Virus record (IMG/VR): IMGVR_UViG_3300034128_000004
Span: 1-41,041 of that record
Strand: one strand, 5' to 3'
DNA: 41,041 nucleotides
Origin: a virus
Lineage: Duplodnaviria; Caudoviricetes
The notes under the pieces are model-generated. The model was not told where the DNA came from. It made no database searches and saw only the letters and a list, made by a program, of their open reading frames with translations. Below, in pieces: positions 27,879-37,860 of the stretch. The first letter of the stretch is position 1; each line of letters begins with the position of its first letter. The position numbers and the translations under genes are program-made.

Positions 27879-28229
27879 ATGTCACTTCTTATGCAACAAA
27901 CAATTGAAGAGATTAGAGATGAAATCATCAGCGGACCCAGCGAGGCGTTACATTCCACCGCGATTGTTCCCGCGGCTACTCCTGCACAAGTGGGCACCAC
28001 GGGCGCGCGGCGATTGATGGGCGTGGTTCTGTTTGGTGGTTCAGCGGATTCACAGGTGGAATTCAAGAACGCTGCAACGGATACCGGGACGGTACTACTG
28101 TCTTTGAATTGCTTGGCAAAAACAAGTACAGGAGTGGACTTATCCGCGCTTGGTGGACTTGCATTCTCAACTGCAATGTTTTGCAAACCCGTGGGCACGG
28201 GAGCGATTGCATACGTATGGTATGAGTGA
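27879..28229 (+). CDS. Hypothetical protein
   Basis: 116 aa, AAGGAG RBS. Confidence 0.65.
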   Translation: MSLLMQQTIEEIRDEIISGPSEALHSTAIVPAATPAQVGTTGARRLMGVVLFGGSADSQVEFKNAATDTGTVLLSLNCLAKTSTGVDLSALGGLAFSTAMFCKPVGTGAIAYVWYE

Positions 28230-28232
28230 CCT

Positions 28233-29399
28233 ATGCTATTCAATAAACTCAATTTTAGTTTTCCGTTGGGAAGCGGCGGCGCACCCGCTGAAACGTGGTG
28301 GCTTGCATCCGGTACAAACCTTGTACCGTTTATGCGCCATAAATCATCAGACGTTGTGGCTGACGCGACAATCACAGCCCCGGCGGGCGGGAGAACTTAT
28401 CTTTATACAACACTTTGGAGGGCAATTGCTCAGGATGGATTAGTGCGCCGCCTATGGTTGTCAGTGATTACGACGGGTGCAACAGCGTGGAAAGCGAAAG
28501 TGTTCCGTAAGAATGGGGCAAATTACGATTTTGTTTCCGAGTGCGCTTTTACACCAAGCGGGACAGGTCTTATATCGGTGGACTTGTCAACTCCAATTTC
28601 CTGCCAACCGGGAGATAGGATTGCAATTTTTGTTCCAGAGAATGGCGCTTTCAGCGTAGACAATACCAGCGCGAATCACACATACAACGAGGCAGACGGT
28701 GACATCATCACAACCAACGCATTTACAACACAGACCACCAGCAAGAGCATGAACCTCATTCCGTATGGGTATCAGCCGTTCGCAGTCTTTATTGGCGATT
28801 CAATTATGGAGGGACATAATACGGCTAGTGTCTGGCATAGCGTTTTTGACACTGCGAACGGTCCCAGTGGCAACCCGACCGCCGAAGTGGGGAACCAGAT
28901 GCGGGCGATCATGCCGGGGCTGGAATATCAAAACTACGCGTTTGCAGATCAGGGCTGGGTGTGGGTGGACGCTACCGGACTATTGCAGGCGTACACGTCC
29001 TATGCACTCAAAGCCTCGGCGTGGGTCATCATGGCTGGGGTCAATGACATTAGCAACGGCGTGACGTGGGACACTGTAGCAGGGGAATTGGCTACCATCC
29101 GAACCCGTGTGGTTGCAGGGGATTTGTGGATTTGCGAGATATTACCCTGGACGGCAGGAAGTGATCTACAAGCCGCAACCCTCCGAACGTGGAACGACAA
29201 CCTTGCTACATGGTGCGCGGCGAACAATGCCCGCCTGATTGCCTGCCACGATGCGATGGGGCAGGTACGAGTCTCGACAGGTGAGATTGATGACCTGCTA
29301 ACGGCATACAACCAGGACGGGGTACACCTCAAACAGGCAGGCGTGGATGCGCTTGCCGCAATCATCAAGGCTGCACTCGGTGCGGTCTATAACCCTTAG
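28233..29399 (+). CDS. SGNH/GDSL hydrolase domain protein
   Basis: FIGDSIMEG, AGVND, DGVH blocks. Confidence 0.8.
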   Translation: MLFNKLNFSFPLGSGGAPAETWWLASGTNLVPFMRHKSSDVVADATITAPAGGRTYLYTTLWRAIAQDGLVRRLWLSVITTGATAWKAKVFRKNGANYDFVSECAFTPSGTGLISVDLSTPISCQPGDRIAIFVPENGAFSVDNTSANHTYNEADGDIITTNAFTTQTTSKSMNLIPYGYQPFAVFIGDSIMEGHNTASVWHSVFDTANGPSGNPTAEVGNQMRAIMPGLEYQNYAFADQGWVWVDATGLLQAYTSYALKASAWVIMAGVNDISNGVTWDTVAGELATIRTRVVAGDLWICEILPWTAGSDLQAATLRTWNDNLATWCAANNARLIACHDAMGQVRVSTGEIDDLLTAYNQDGVHLKQAGVDALAAIIKAALGAVYNP

Positions 29400-29413
29400 A
29401 AGGTGGCGACCGA

Positions 29414-30301
29414 ATGACGCAAACAGAGATACAAGACGCGATCAACAACACCGGAACGGCAACCGTGAAAGGGATGTTTGAAATCAAGCCTCCCGGGCTA
29501 CAGTTGACCGATAACACGACGCTCATTATCGAGGGAGTGCTAGTGGCGGCTCCTGTGGATTGGAAAGGTAAGGGCGTTGTCAGTCTCACAGGGAAATCCA
29601 ACGTTAAGATCACTGGCAACATCCGTTGCTACGGAGCGATCAACGCGGACGGTATCTACATCCGTGACAGCAAGAGCGTATCGGTTGATGCACACATTGA
29701 GGGAGCAAGCCGCAATGGTATCTCCATCACAGGCGGCGAGGGGATACGCGTCACGGCAACGATCAAAGACACAAGCGGCAAGGTTCCCGGTTCGGGCGTG
29801 GATGTGGAACCCAATCCCGGCTCTACCGTCAATGGCGTGTCATTTGTGGATTGTGAGATTGTCGGCAACCATAACGGCGTCACGATTGACGCGGCTCATG
29901 GTGCGGTTACTGGCATCAGCCTGTCGCATTGCAGCATACACGACAATCGCGGGCACGGCATATCTGGCTCTGGTTTATTAGGGTCTGTTGAGATAGACCA
30001 TTGCAAATTTGTTGCGAACGGACTGCGGCAGGTATTCATCGAGCCTGCCGATATTGTCACGGTTGACCACACAGAAGCAAGCGGATCACCCGCGGGATAT
30101 GAGTCTGTGTACATCAAAGCCAATGTACTCTCGTCTATCACGGGCAGTCAGATCCACGACAACGGCAATGACGGGTTACATGTTGCCGGGGCAGGCAAGC
30201 ACACTATTACGGGTAATTTCTTCTGGCGCAATGCAACCGCCAATTTCAATCGACCCGAAGGCGCGATCATTGCAAACAATCAGGAATTGCCAACAGAATG
30301 A
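29414..30301 (+). CDS. Right-handed parallel beta-helix protein
   Basis: Repeated NGISI / DGIYI / HGIS / IHDNGNDG motifs. Confidence 0.8.
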   Translation: MTQTEIQDAINNTGTATVKGMFEIKPPGLQLTDNTTLIIEGVLVAAPVDWKGKGVVSLTGKSNVKITGNIRCYGAINADGIYIRDSKSVSVDAHIEGASRNGISITGGEGIRVTATIKDTSGKVPGSGVDVEPNPGSTVNGVSFVDCEIVGNHNGVTIDAAHGAVTGISLSHCSIHDNRGHGISGSGLLGSVEIDHCKFVANGLRQVFIEPADIVTVDHTEASGSPAGYESVYIKANVLSSITGSQIHDNGNDGLHVAGAGKHTITGNFFWRNATANFNRPEGAIIANNQELPTE

Positions 30302-30406
30302 ACATTCAATTATGAACTTCGCTAAAGGTTGCGCGCGGGTATTACCGTTTATCGTGTCTGTTTGGGTGATTATTTGCGCGGCGTTGTGGATGGCAATGAG
30401 GTAATT

Positions 30407-31825
30407 ATGTTTGCACGGATTATGCAATGGATAAGAGAGGTTGTACAAAAAATGCTCAAACCCGATTCCCTTAAATCGTCTTTGAAAGTTGACGTTGCGG
30501 TTTCTCCGCTGATGGTTGACGCGTTGCAATCGTGGAGTTTGATGTACACGAATCAATCCTCGTGGCTGAATGATAGAACGCAATCACTCAATCTTCCCGC
30601 GGCAATTGCCGCAGAAGTTGCCAAGTCTGTGACCGTTGAAATGGATATGCAGGTGACAGGATCCCCGCGGGCTGACTTCCTGCTTGCACAACTTGCACCC
30701 GTATTGAAAAACATCCGCGTCAATACTGAGTATGCAACGGCTAAAGGTGGGTTAGTCCTGAAACCCTACATCAACGCTGATGGACTTGCGATTGATTCCG
30801 TGCAAGCGGACATGTTCTATCCTGTCTCATTTGACAGCAATCGGAAAATGACCGCGTGCGTGTTTGCCGATCAAAAGACACGCGGGCGAGATTTCTTCAC
30901 TCGGCTTGAATATCACTCACTCACGGGCACCACGTACCAGATCGTGAATACCGTGTGGCGGTCATCTACGCGGGACACACTGGGAAGTCAGATCACGCTT
31001 ACCGCCTCGCCGTTTCCCGAATGGCAGGAATTGCAACCAGAAGCGTTTATCACGAATGTTGAACGTCCGCTGTTCGGCTATTTCGCCATGCCGTTTGCTA
31101 ATAGCATTGACACTACCTCACCATTGGGAGTATCGATCTACGCGCGGGCGATTGATCAAATCAAGCGCGCTGACGAGATTTGGAGCGGTCTTTTGTGGGA
31201 GATGGAATCCGCAGAACGAGCACTTTACACTGATCCGTTGGCATTCGGGAAAACCACGGACGGGAAACCGATCCTGCCGCATAAAAGGCTATATCGCACA
31301 CTGGATTTGCAAGGTGCAATTGACAAGCAAGGATTATTTGAAGATTGGACCCCGACTATCCGAGAACAGAATTACATCAATGCCTTGGATGCTGTCTTGA
31401 AAAAGGTTGAATTCAATTGCGGGCTGTCCTACGGTATTTTGTCAGATCCGAAATCAGTTGCACTCACTGCAACCGAAATCAGGAACAGCAAACAAACCTA
31501 TTATGCAAACGTGGTTGATATTCAGAAATCCTTGGAGGACGCGTTAGAAGATTTGCTCTATGCAATGGACGTTTGGACCACGTTGGGCAATCTCGCTCCT
31601 CGTGGCGTTTATACAGCAACTTATAATTTTGATGATTCCATCGTTGCGGATGATGCTACTCAGTATCAGCAGGACTCACAGACAGTCACAATAAACGCAA
31701 TGCCGAAATACGTGTTCCTGATGAGGAATTACAACCTTGATGAAGCCACGGCCAAACAATGGGTTGCAGATGCACAGGCTGAAACGCCCGCGCCGTCATT
31801 CTTTCCAGGTGATTTGAATGTTTAG
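30407..31825 (+). CDS. Portal protein (A118/SPP1-like)
   Basis: SPLGVSIYARA, EFNCGLSYG, TATEI, FDDSI motifs. Confidence 0.9.
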   Translation: MFARIMQWIREVVQKMLKPDSLKSSLKVDVAVSPLMVDALQSWSLMYTNQSSWLNDRTQSLNLPAAIAAEVAKSVTVEMDMQVTGSPRADFLLAQLAPVLKNIRVNTEYATAKGGLVLKPYINADGLAIDSVQADMFYPVSFDSNRKMTACVFADQKTRGRDFFTRLEYHSLTGTTYQIVNTVWRSSTRDTLGSQITLTASPFPEWQELQPEAFITNVERPLFGYFAMPFANSIDTTSPLGVSIYARAIDQIKRADEIWSGLLWEMESAERALYTDPLAFGKTTDGKPILPHKRLYRTLDLQGAIDKQGLFEDWTPTIREQNYINALDAVLKKVEFNCGLSYGILSDPKSVALTATEIRNSKQTYYANVVDIQKSLEDALEDLLYAMDVWTTLGNLAPRGVYTATYNFDDSIVADDATQYQQDSQTVTINAMPKYVFLMRNYNLDEATAKQWVADAQAETPAPSFFPGDLNV

Positions 31826-31963
31826 GATTTTGTTTGTATTACTACTCAGTATTGTTGCCTTGCAGTGGTACATCGTGGCGACGCGTGAACTTATGCCCGT
31901 TCGTTGTGATGGTGGCGCGAATGGATAGTAACAATACTGAGTAAAAATCGAAAGGAAACGAAA

Positions 31964-32212
31964 ATGAAACAGAAGATTTACAAATGGTTAGGTAAATGGT
32001 TGCACAGATTTGCAAGATTCTTTTACTCGCGTGTTTCTGGTGTTTGTTGGCATTGTGGTGCCAACTGTGAAGTAGATTTCACAATGGCGCGCGGTTTATT
32101 GTGGTGCAATCATTGTTTCGCCCGATGGCAACACACTATTCGCGACCAAGATTTTATTTTCAGTTGGCGGTATTTTGGGTTTCCCAAGAGCGCACTGAAG
32201 AAAGGTAAATAA
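31964..32212 (+). CDS. Small zinc-finger protein
   Basis: CWHC...CNHC; AAGGA RBS. Confidence 0.55.
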   Translation: MKQKIYKWLGKWLHRFARFFYSRVSGVCWHCGANCEVDFTMARGLLWCNHCFARWQHTIRDQDFIFSWRYFGFPKSALKKGK

Positions 32213-32214
32213 CC

Positions 32215-32349
32215 ATGAACAATCTTAACAAAGGCTCAATTGCTTATCTGTGCTTTGTGTGGATGTTCGCGCTCCTGTTGGGCGTGACTATGGGACTGAA
32301 TATCCCGCTTGTGCTGTTGGTCATTGGCACGGTGTTATACCTTTTGTAA
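32215..32349 (+). CDS. Small membrane protein (44 aa)
   Basis: MNNLNKGSIAYLCFVWMFALLLGVTMGLNIPLVLLVIGTVLYLL; fills the gap. Confidence 0.5.
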   Translation: MNNLNKGSIAYLCFVWMFALLLGVTMGLNIPLVLLVIGTVLYLL

Positions 32350-32351
32350 AC

Positions 32352-33479
32352 ATGTTGACTTTTGAGCAATTCGACGCGCTGGTTAATCCGATAATGGATT
32401 TGTACGAAGAATATCAGGTTGCTGTACTTCGCGATATCGCGCGGCGATTGAAGAACCTTGCGTTGGATAGTGCTGCATGGCAGGTACAACGGCTCACGGA
32501 ATCAGGCGCGCTGTATAAGGATGTGCTCAAACAACTTGCAAAGCTCACGGGACAAAGCGAAAAGGAAATTGCAGAGCTGCTGAAAAAGGCAGGTGTCAAA
32601 GCAATCAAGTTTGATGACAAGATTTATAAAGATGCTGGACTTGAACCATTACCTTTGAACCTTTCACCCGCGATGCTGGATGTGTTGAAAGCATCCCTAC
32701 AAAAGACCAATGGCGTAATGAATAACCTCACCCGTACTACCGCAATCACGGCACAACAGGACTTTATCCGCGCCGCTGACATTGCACATCAACAGGTGGT
32801 GACAGGTACGATGTCATACGATCAAGCAATAAGGCAAGCGGTGAAAGATGTTGCAGCAAAGGGTTTGACAACGATTGATTATGCTTCAGGCCACACGGAT
32901 CAATTAGACGTTGCCACTCGCCGCGCGGTACTCACGGGTGTTGCACAAACCACGGGGCAACTACAAATGACACGGGCTGAAGAAATGGGAAGTGATTTAG
33001 TTGCTGTCTCAGCTCACCAGGGAGCACGCAATAAGGGTGTTGGACCGATGAACCATGAGTCATGGCAGGGAAAAATATACTCTAGGTCCGGCACACATCC
33101 CAAGTATCCACCGTTTGTTGAGAAAACAGGTTACGGAACCGGACCGGGTTTGGGCGGTTGGAACTGTCGTCATAGTTGGTATCCATTTTTCGAGGGTTTA
33201 TCCGAGAACGCATATTCTAAAAAAGAGCTTCAGGACATCAACAATAAAAAGGTCACTTATCAGGGTAAGTCTATTACTCAGTATGAGGCAAGTCAGGCTC
33301 AGAGGGAACTCGAAAGACGTGTACGCTATTGGAAACGTCAGGAGCAAGCCCTTGACGCGGCAAAATTAGATAGCACAAAAGAAACAATTAAGGTTCGTGA
33401 ATATCAAGCAAAACTCAGGGAATTTGTCAATCAAACAAAACTTATTAGGCAGTATGAGCGTGAGCAAGTGCGATACTGA
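32352..33479 (+). CDS. Minor capsid (head morphogenesis) protein
   Basis: DVATRRAVLTG, VSAHQGAR, HESWQGKIY, GLGGWNCRH. Confidence 0.88.
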   Translation: MLTFEQFDALVNPIMDLYEEYQVAVLRDIARRLKNLALDSAAWQVQRLTESGALYKDVLKQLAKLTGQSEKEIAELLKKAGVKAIKFDDKIYKDAGLEPLPLNLSPAMLDVLKASLQKTNGVMNNLTRTTAITAQQDFIRAADIAHQQVVTGTMSYDQAIRQAVKDVAAKGLTTIDYASGHTDQLDVATRRAVLTGVAQTTGQLQMTRAEEMGSDLVAVSAHQGARNKGVGPMNHESWQGKIYSRSGTHPKYPPFVEKTGYGTGPGLGGWNCRHSWYPFFEGLSENAYSKKELQDINNKKVTYQGKSITQYEASQAQRELERRVRYWKRQEQALDAAKLDSTKETIKVREYQAKLREFVNQTKLIRQYEREQVRY

Positions 33480-33497
33480 GTATCAATCTGTAATTTC

Positions 33498-33542
33498 AAA
33501 GGGGTGAGGTGGTTTTCGTCACTGTAACCATTTCGCCCCTTT
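33498..33542 (+). terminator. Hairpin after minor capsid gene (possible terminator)
   Basis: AAAGGGGTGAGGTGGTT...AACCATTTCGCCCCTTT, pairing with G-U. Confidence 0.45.
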
Positions 33543-33707
33543 GTTTGGGGGGCAATTTATGATAGGATAAAAAACGAAACAGTGACCGCATGTGCCCGCG
33601 AACGGCGCAGCGGTTTTGTGTTTTTAAAAGTTAGCCCACGTATAAGGGCAAACACAAGAGAAGCGACCTCGTAAAAAGCGTAGTGGAAAGGCAAACAGGT
33701 AAACAGA

Positions 33708-34274
33708 ATGAAACGTGAAGATTTGAAAAAACTACTTGGTGACAGCGCGACGGATGAAGCGATTGACAAGATCATGAGTTTGCATGGTGCGGATATTGAA
33801 TCGCACAAGACGAAGCTCACCGACTTGCAAACGCAATTCGACGCGGCGCAAGGACAGCTCACTGAAGCAAACACGGCTATTGAAGGTTTCAAGAAACTGA
33901 AACCGGAAGAACTGCAAGCCGCCGCGGACGATTACAAAGCCAAGTGGGAACAGGCGCAAAAGGATTCAGCCGATCAACTGACACAAATCAAGTTTGATCA
34001 CGCGTTGGAATCCGCGTTGCTTGGTGCGAAAGTCAAGAATGCCAAGACGATCACTCCGTTACTCAGTATGGACACTCTGAGAGATGCAAAAGGCGAACTC
34101 GTTGCCGAACGCCTCACAGAGCAATTGACCAAAATCAAATCTGAAAATGAATACCTGTTTGAAGGCGACAAACCTACCCCGAAAATTGTCGCGGGTGGGA
34201 ACAATCAGAAATTACAAATGGATCCCCTCGAAGCAGGAATGCTCAGGGGTGCGAAACTGAATCCAATCGAATAA
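33708..34274 (+). CDS. Scaffolding protein (GP20 family)
   Basis: MKREDLK...IDKIMSLHGADIE; coiled coil; YLF motif. Confidence 0.85.
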   Translation: MKREDLKKLLGDSATDEAIDKIMSLHGADIESHKTKLTDLQTQFDAAQGQLTEANTAIEGFKKLKPEELQAAADDYKAKWEQAQKDSADQLTQIKFDHALESALLGAKVKNAKTITPLLSMDTLRDAKGELVAERLTEQLTKIKSENEYLFEGDKPTPKIVAGGNNQKLQMDPLEAGMLRGAKLNPIE

Positions 34275-34286
34275 GGATAAATTGCA

Positions 34287-35174
34287 ATGGCAAACTCTAT
34301 TGATCTTGTAACCAGATTTACAGCCATTCTTGACCGGCTGTATAAGGCGCAAAGTAAAACCGCGCTGATGGATGCACCGACTGAGGATAGTGCCGCGTTT
34401 GAAGGCACGTCCGCAATCAAGGTGATGAAAACCAGTGTTGTTGGTATGGGCACATACTCCCGTGCAACTGGCTACCCCAAGGGTGATGTAACAATCAGTT
34501 GGGAAACGTTGACCCTCGCAGCCTCCCGCGGGCGCGAATTGTCCGTTGATCGAATGGACAATGACGAAACCTTGGGGATGGCATTCGGCACGTTGGCAGA
34601 TGAATACTACCGGACAGCGGTAGTGCCCGAAGTGGACGCGTACCGATTCGCAAAGTATGCCTCATGGTCCGGTATCTCAACCGTGGCGGGTGCAACCCTG
34701 AGCGCGTCCACAGTATTGGCCGCAATCGACGCCGGTGTTGCTCAGATGGACGCGGATGAAGTGCCCGAGGAAGGACGTCTCCTGTATGTGTCCAATACGG
34801 TGAATGGTTTCCTGAGGGCTGCAATCACCCGCATGTTGGGCAATGAAAACTCCGCCGATCGACGTTTGCAGACTCTTGACGGCATGACAATCATCCCCGT
34901 GCCTCAATCACGTTTCCAGACGGCAATTGATCTTGATGCTGGTGCAACCACATCGGCCGGTGGGTTTGCTCCTGCCGCTGGTGCCAAGGACATCAACTTT
35001 ATGTTGATCTACCCGCCCGCGGTGCTGCAGGCAACAAAGCTCGACAAGCTGAAAATCTTTGATCCTGACGTAAATCAGTCGAAAGATGCTTGGTTGATCC
35101 AACACAGGCTCTATCACGACGCCTGGGTTTACGACAACAAGGTAGATGGCATCTACCTGCACAAAAAAGCCTAA
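34287..35174 (+). CDS. Major capsid protein
   Basis: VDRMDNDET, VVPEVDAYRFA, RLYHDAWVYDNK; follows the scaffold. Confidence 0.9.
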   Translation: MANSIDLVTRFTAILDRLYKAQSKTALMDAPTEDSAAFEGTSAIKVMKTSVVGMGTYSRATGYPKGDVTISWETLTLAASRGRELSVDRMDNDETLGMAFGTLADEYYRTAVVPEVDAYRFAKYASWSGISTVAGATLSASTVLAAIDAGVAQMDADEVPEEGRLLYVSNTVNGFLRAAITRMLGNENSADRRLQTLDGMTIIPVPQSRFQTAIDLDAGATTSAGGFAPAAGAKDINFMLIYPPAVLQATKLDKLKIFDPDVNQSKDAWLIQHRLYHDAWVYDNKVDGIYLHKKA

Positions 35175-35223
35175 TTGCAGGCTGTTGATTTGATACTCAG
35201 TATTGTTACAGGAGAAATAAACA

Positions 35224-35622
35224 ATGCCTCAATTACCAGAACGAAAATATGTGAAAGTTACTCTCGGTGGTGTGTCTCATACCGTGCCCGAGGATGATCT
35301 GAGTTACTACACCCGCGCGGGCTATTTGCGCGAAGGTGAGAAACCGAACGAAGCCAATCTGACTCCCGCCGAGCGCCGCATGGCACAAATCGCCCGCGGC
35401 GAACAGCCTACCAATCAGGCAAGCTCCGTGAACCTGGCCAATGTGGACGTTCCCGCAAGTGCTGAAGAAATCGCCGCAACTGTCATTTATGGCAGTCCGG
35501 GCGGCCCCAATGTACCAGGACCGGCGGCCAGTGATGAAGCAGTGGAAGATGCGGAAGAAGTTGAAGCGGAAGAAGAAGTTGTCACCGATCCCGCGCCGAA
35601 AAAGAAAAAGGCAGGTAAATAA
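35224..35622 (+). CDS. Hypothetical protein
   Basis: AGGAG RBS; acidic then Lys-rich tail. Confidence 0.65.
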   Translation: MPQLPERKYVKVTLGGVSHTVPEDDLSYYTRAGYLREGEKPNEANLTPAERRMAQIARGEQPTNQASSVNLANVDVPASAEEIAATVIYGSPGGPNVPGPAASDEAVEDAEEVEAEEEVVTDPAPKKKKAGK

Positions 35623-36578
35623 TGGCACCCATTCAAGGCTCAGATTGGTTGCTGAAACTGAATCAGAGCTTGGACTCACAGGACCAAAACTCCGCGCCTC
35701 CACTGTACGTTGATACCGTCAACGGCAATGATGGCTACAACGGCCAGAGTTGGGGTGAGGGATTCAAGACAATGACCAAGGCACTTGCCACTGTGCAAAC
35801 GGGTGGAAAAATCTTTTTCCGTGGCGATGTGCGCGAAGAATGTATCGGAAGCAATCTTGTTTTCGATGTCACCATTCAGGGTGCCGGTGGATTGCATCAC
35901 CCCGATGTACCCGCCGCGGGCTATCACCCCGGCTCTTCAACGTGGAGACCTCCTGCAAGCCCAACCGAAGCAACCCCATTGATTCAGGTCCGTGGGCGCG
36001 GTTGGAAATTCATCAACATCATGTTCGATTGCCCGGTAGATGCTGCCGCAATCAAACTTGTGAATAACAACGGATCTGGCGCAACTGAATATGATGCCAG
36101 TCACGCGGTTATTCAGGGTTGCGTGTTCCAACAGGGCAAGTATGGCATTCAGCTTGATGGACCAATCGGGCACGTCATGCTGTGGGATAACGATTTCGCC
36201 ATTCTCTCTGTGTCTGGTGGATGCGGACTCTACGCTGCAACCGATGGCGGACCACACTACCGCTGGAGGATTGAGCGCAATTACTTTGTGTCCGCCGCAA
36301 CCACGGAAGGCAACAAAGGCAATGAGAGTCATATCGATTGCGCTCTGACCAGTGGATTGATTGCCAACAATATATTCGGCACGGTGGAAGCTACCGGAAA
36401 ATATATTGACCTCACCGGCGGACAAGACAACATCGTTTGTAACAACATTCTCGGCGGCGTGTACGATACCAATGATTATGTTGCTGGTGCAGGTGATTTG
36501 TGGTTTGGCAATCGCGTGACAGTTAAGGCAACCGTTGCACCTGACGGTGTGACGCTGGTTGTGCCTCCCGCACCTTAA
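35622..36578 (+). CDS. Pectin-lyase-like beta-helix protein
   Basis: LYVDTVNGNDGYNGQSWGEGFKTMTKAL N-terminal motif; beta-helix repeats. Confidence 0.65.
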   Translation: MAPIQGSDWLLKLNQSLDSQDQNSAPPLYVDTVNGNDGYNGQSWGEGFKTMTKALATVQTGGKIFFRGDVREECIGSNLVFDVTIQGAGGLHHPDVPAAGYHPGSSTWRPPASPTEATPLIQVRGRGWKFINIMFDCPVDAAAIKLVNNNGSGATEYDASHAVIQGCVFQQGKYGIQLDGPIGHVMLWDNDFAILSVSGGCGLYAATDGGPHYRWRIERNYFVSAATTEGNKGNESHIDCALTSGLIANNIFGTVEATGKYIDLTGGQDNIVCNNILGGVYDTNDYVAGAGDLWFGNRVTVKATVAPDGVTLVVPPAP

Positions 36579-36590
36579 AGGATTTTGGCA

Positions 36591-36977
36591 ATGGCTGTGT
36601 ATGCAGACTACACGTATTACTCTACAAGTTTTCTCGGCACGGCCATTGCCGAAGCCGAATTCCCCGCGTTGGCGCTGAAGGCAAGCGCGATTATCGATCA
36701 ACTGACCTATGGACGTGCAGCCGTTGATACTGAGTATCAGACTCAGATCAAAAATGCCATGTGCGCGGTTGCTGAAGAGGTTTATTCAATTGAGAATTCG
36801 GACGGCTCCGAATACATCACCAGTGAAAGCCAAGGTCAATACTCAGTATCATTCTCTCAGGACGCGGTTGAAAGCCGCAACTACACACAACGTTATTTTG
36901 ACGCCGCGCGGCTTTGGCTTGCAAACACGTTCTTGATGTTCGGCGGTTTCTCTGATGGTGAATACGGTGGCACATGA
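36591..36977 (+). CDS. Head-tail connector
   Basis: YADYTYY, IKNAMCAVAE, SESQGQYSVSF. Confidence 0.75.
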   Translation: MAVYADYTYYSTSFLGTAIAEAEFPALALKASAIIDQLTYGRAAVDTEYQTQIKNAMCAVAEEVYSIENSDGSEYITSESQGQYSVSFSQDAVESRNYTQRYFDAARLWLANTFLMFGGFSDGEYGGT

Positions 36978-37369
36978 TACCTAATGCGAACATCACAATA
37001 TACAACAAGTATCTTGATGCCCGCGCGGAGAAATTCCAACGCACGGTGGTATTTAATTGTGTGTGGCAGGGTGTAAGCGCAATATCCCGATTCAAGGAAC
37101 AGATACCTGCAAATACAATTCTAATCATGATTCCGTTTTCGTCTGGGTTGGATTACCAGGAACCAAAAGCATGGCAGGATGACAAAACGGGATGGACGTT
37201 GCAAGAAGGTGACGTGATTGTCCGCGGAATGATCACCGATGAGATTACTACTCAATATGGTATTAGGCACCTTTATGCCGAACATCAAAGCGTGGTACGG
37301 ATTGCATCTATCGCCGCGATGGACGAAGGATCACCACGCGTCCAACATTGGGAAGTGCAGGCGAAGTAA
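36974..37369 (+). CDS. Head closure / adaptor protein
   Basis: WTLQEGDVIVRG, HWEV; synteny. Confidence 0.65.
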   Translation: MIPNANITIYNKYLDARAEKFQRTVVFNCVWQGVSAISRFKEQIPANTILIMIPFSSGLDYQEPKAWQDDKTGWTLQEGDVIVRGMITDEITTQYGIRHLYAEHQSVVRIASIAAMDEGSPRVQHWEVQAK

Positions 37370-37860
37370 TGGCAAGCCTAAATTTCCTCACCGGTGATAG
37401 AGACCCTGAGTTTGGTATTCAGCAACCGAAAGATGTTGTCACGCCACTCTACACCGCGCGAAGCGTCAACGGCAAAATGGTGTTCACGTGGAACAAGAAT
37501 TTCAAAGCCAAATGGACCAACAAATATGTCACGGCTCAGGAGTTTATTGACAATGCCGTGTTGCACGATTGCGAACCTTACACGCCGCACCGTGTGGGCA
37601 TACTCGTTTTCAGTAGCATACTGGGTACCAAAATAGGTAGTGGTACTGTGTCATGGACTACGCCATACGCGCGCTATCAATATTACGGTAAGGTCATGGT
37701 TCCAAGTCCGTTTGGTGGTCCTAAAATCCTAACCAAACGCAACCTGAAATATCATGGCGGCGGCAAACGTGGCGCGTTTTGGTTTGAGCGTGCCAAAGAA
37801 GTGCATAAGGATAAATGGATTAAAGGCGCTCAGGCAATTATCACGGCAGGTAAAGCATGA
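37369..37860 (+). CDS. Neck protein (minor capsid 2 / HK97-gp10-like)
   Basis: TPYARYQYYG, GAFWFERAK. Confidence 0.75.
   Translation: MASLNFLTGDRDPEFGIQQPKDVVTPLYTARSVNGKMVFTWNKNFKAKWTNKYVTAQEFIDNAVLHDCEPYTPHRVGILVFSSILGTKIGSGTVSWTTPYARYQYYGKVMVPSPFGGPKILTKRNLKYHGGGKRGAFWFERAKEVHKDKWIKGAQAIITAGKA

Noticed and set aside
27348-30723. Motif-free gap as a marker of recently acquired genes
   Set aside because: With about 950-bp mean spacing, one 3.4-kb gap among 43 intervals is expected by chance
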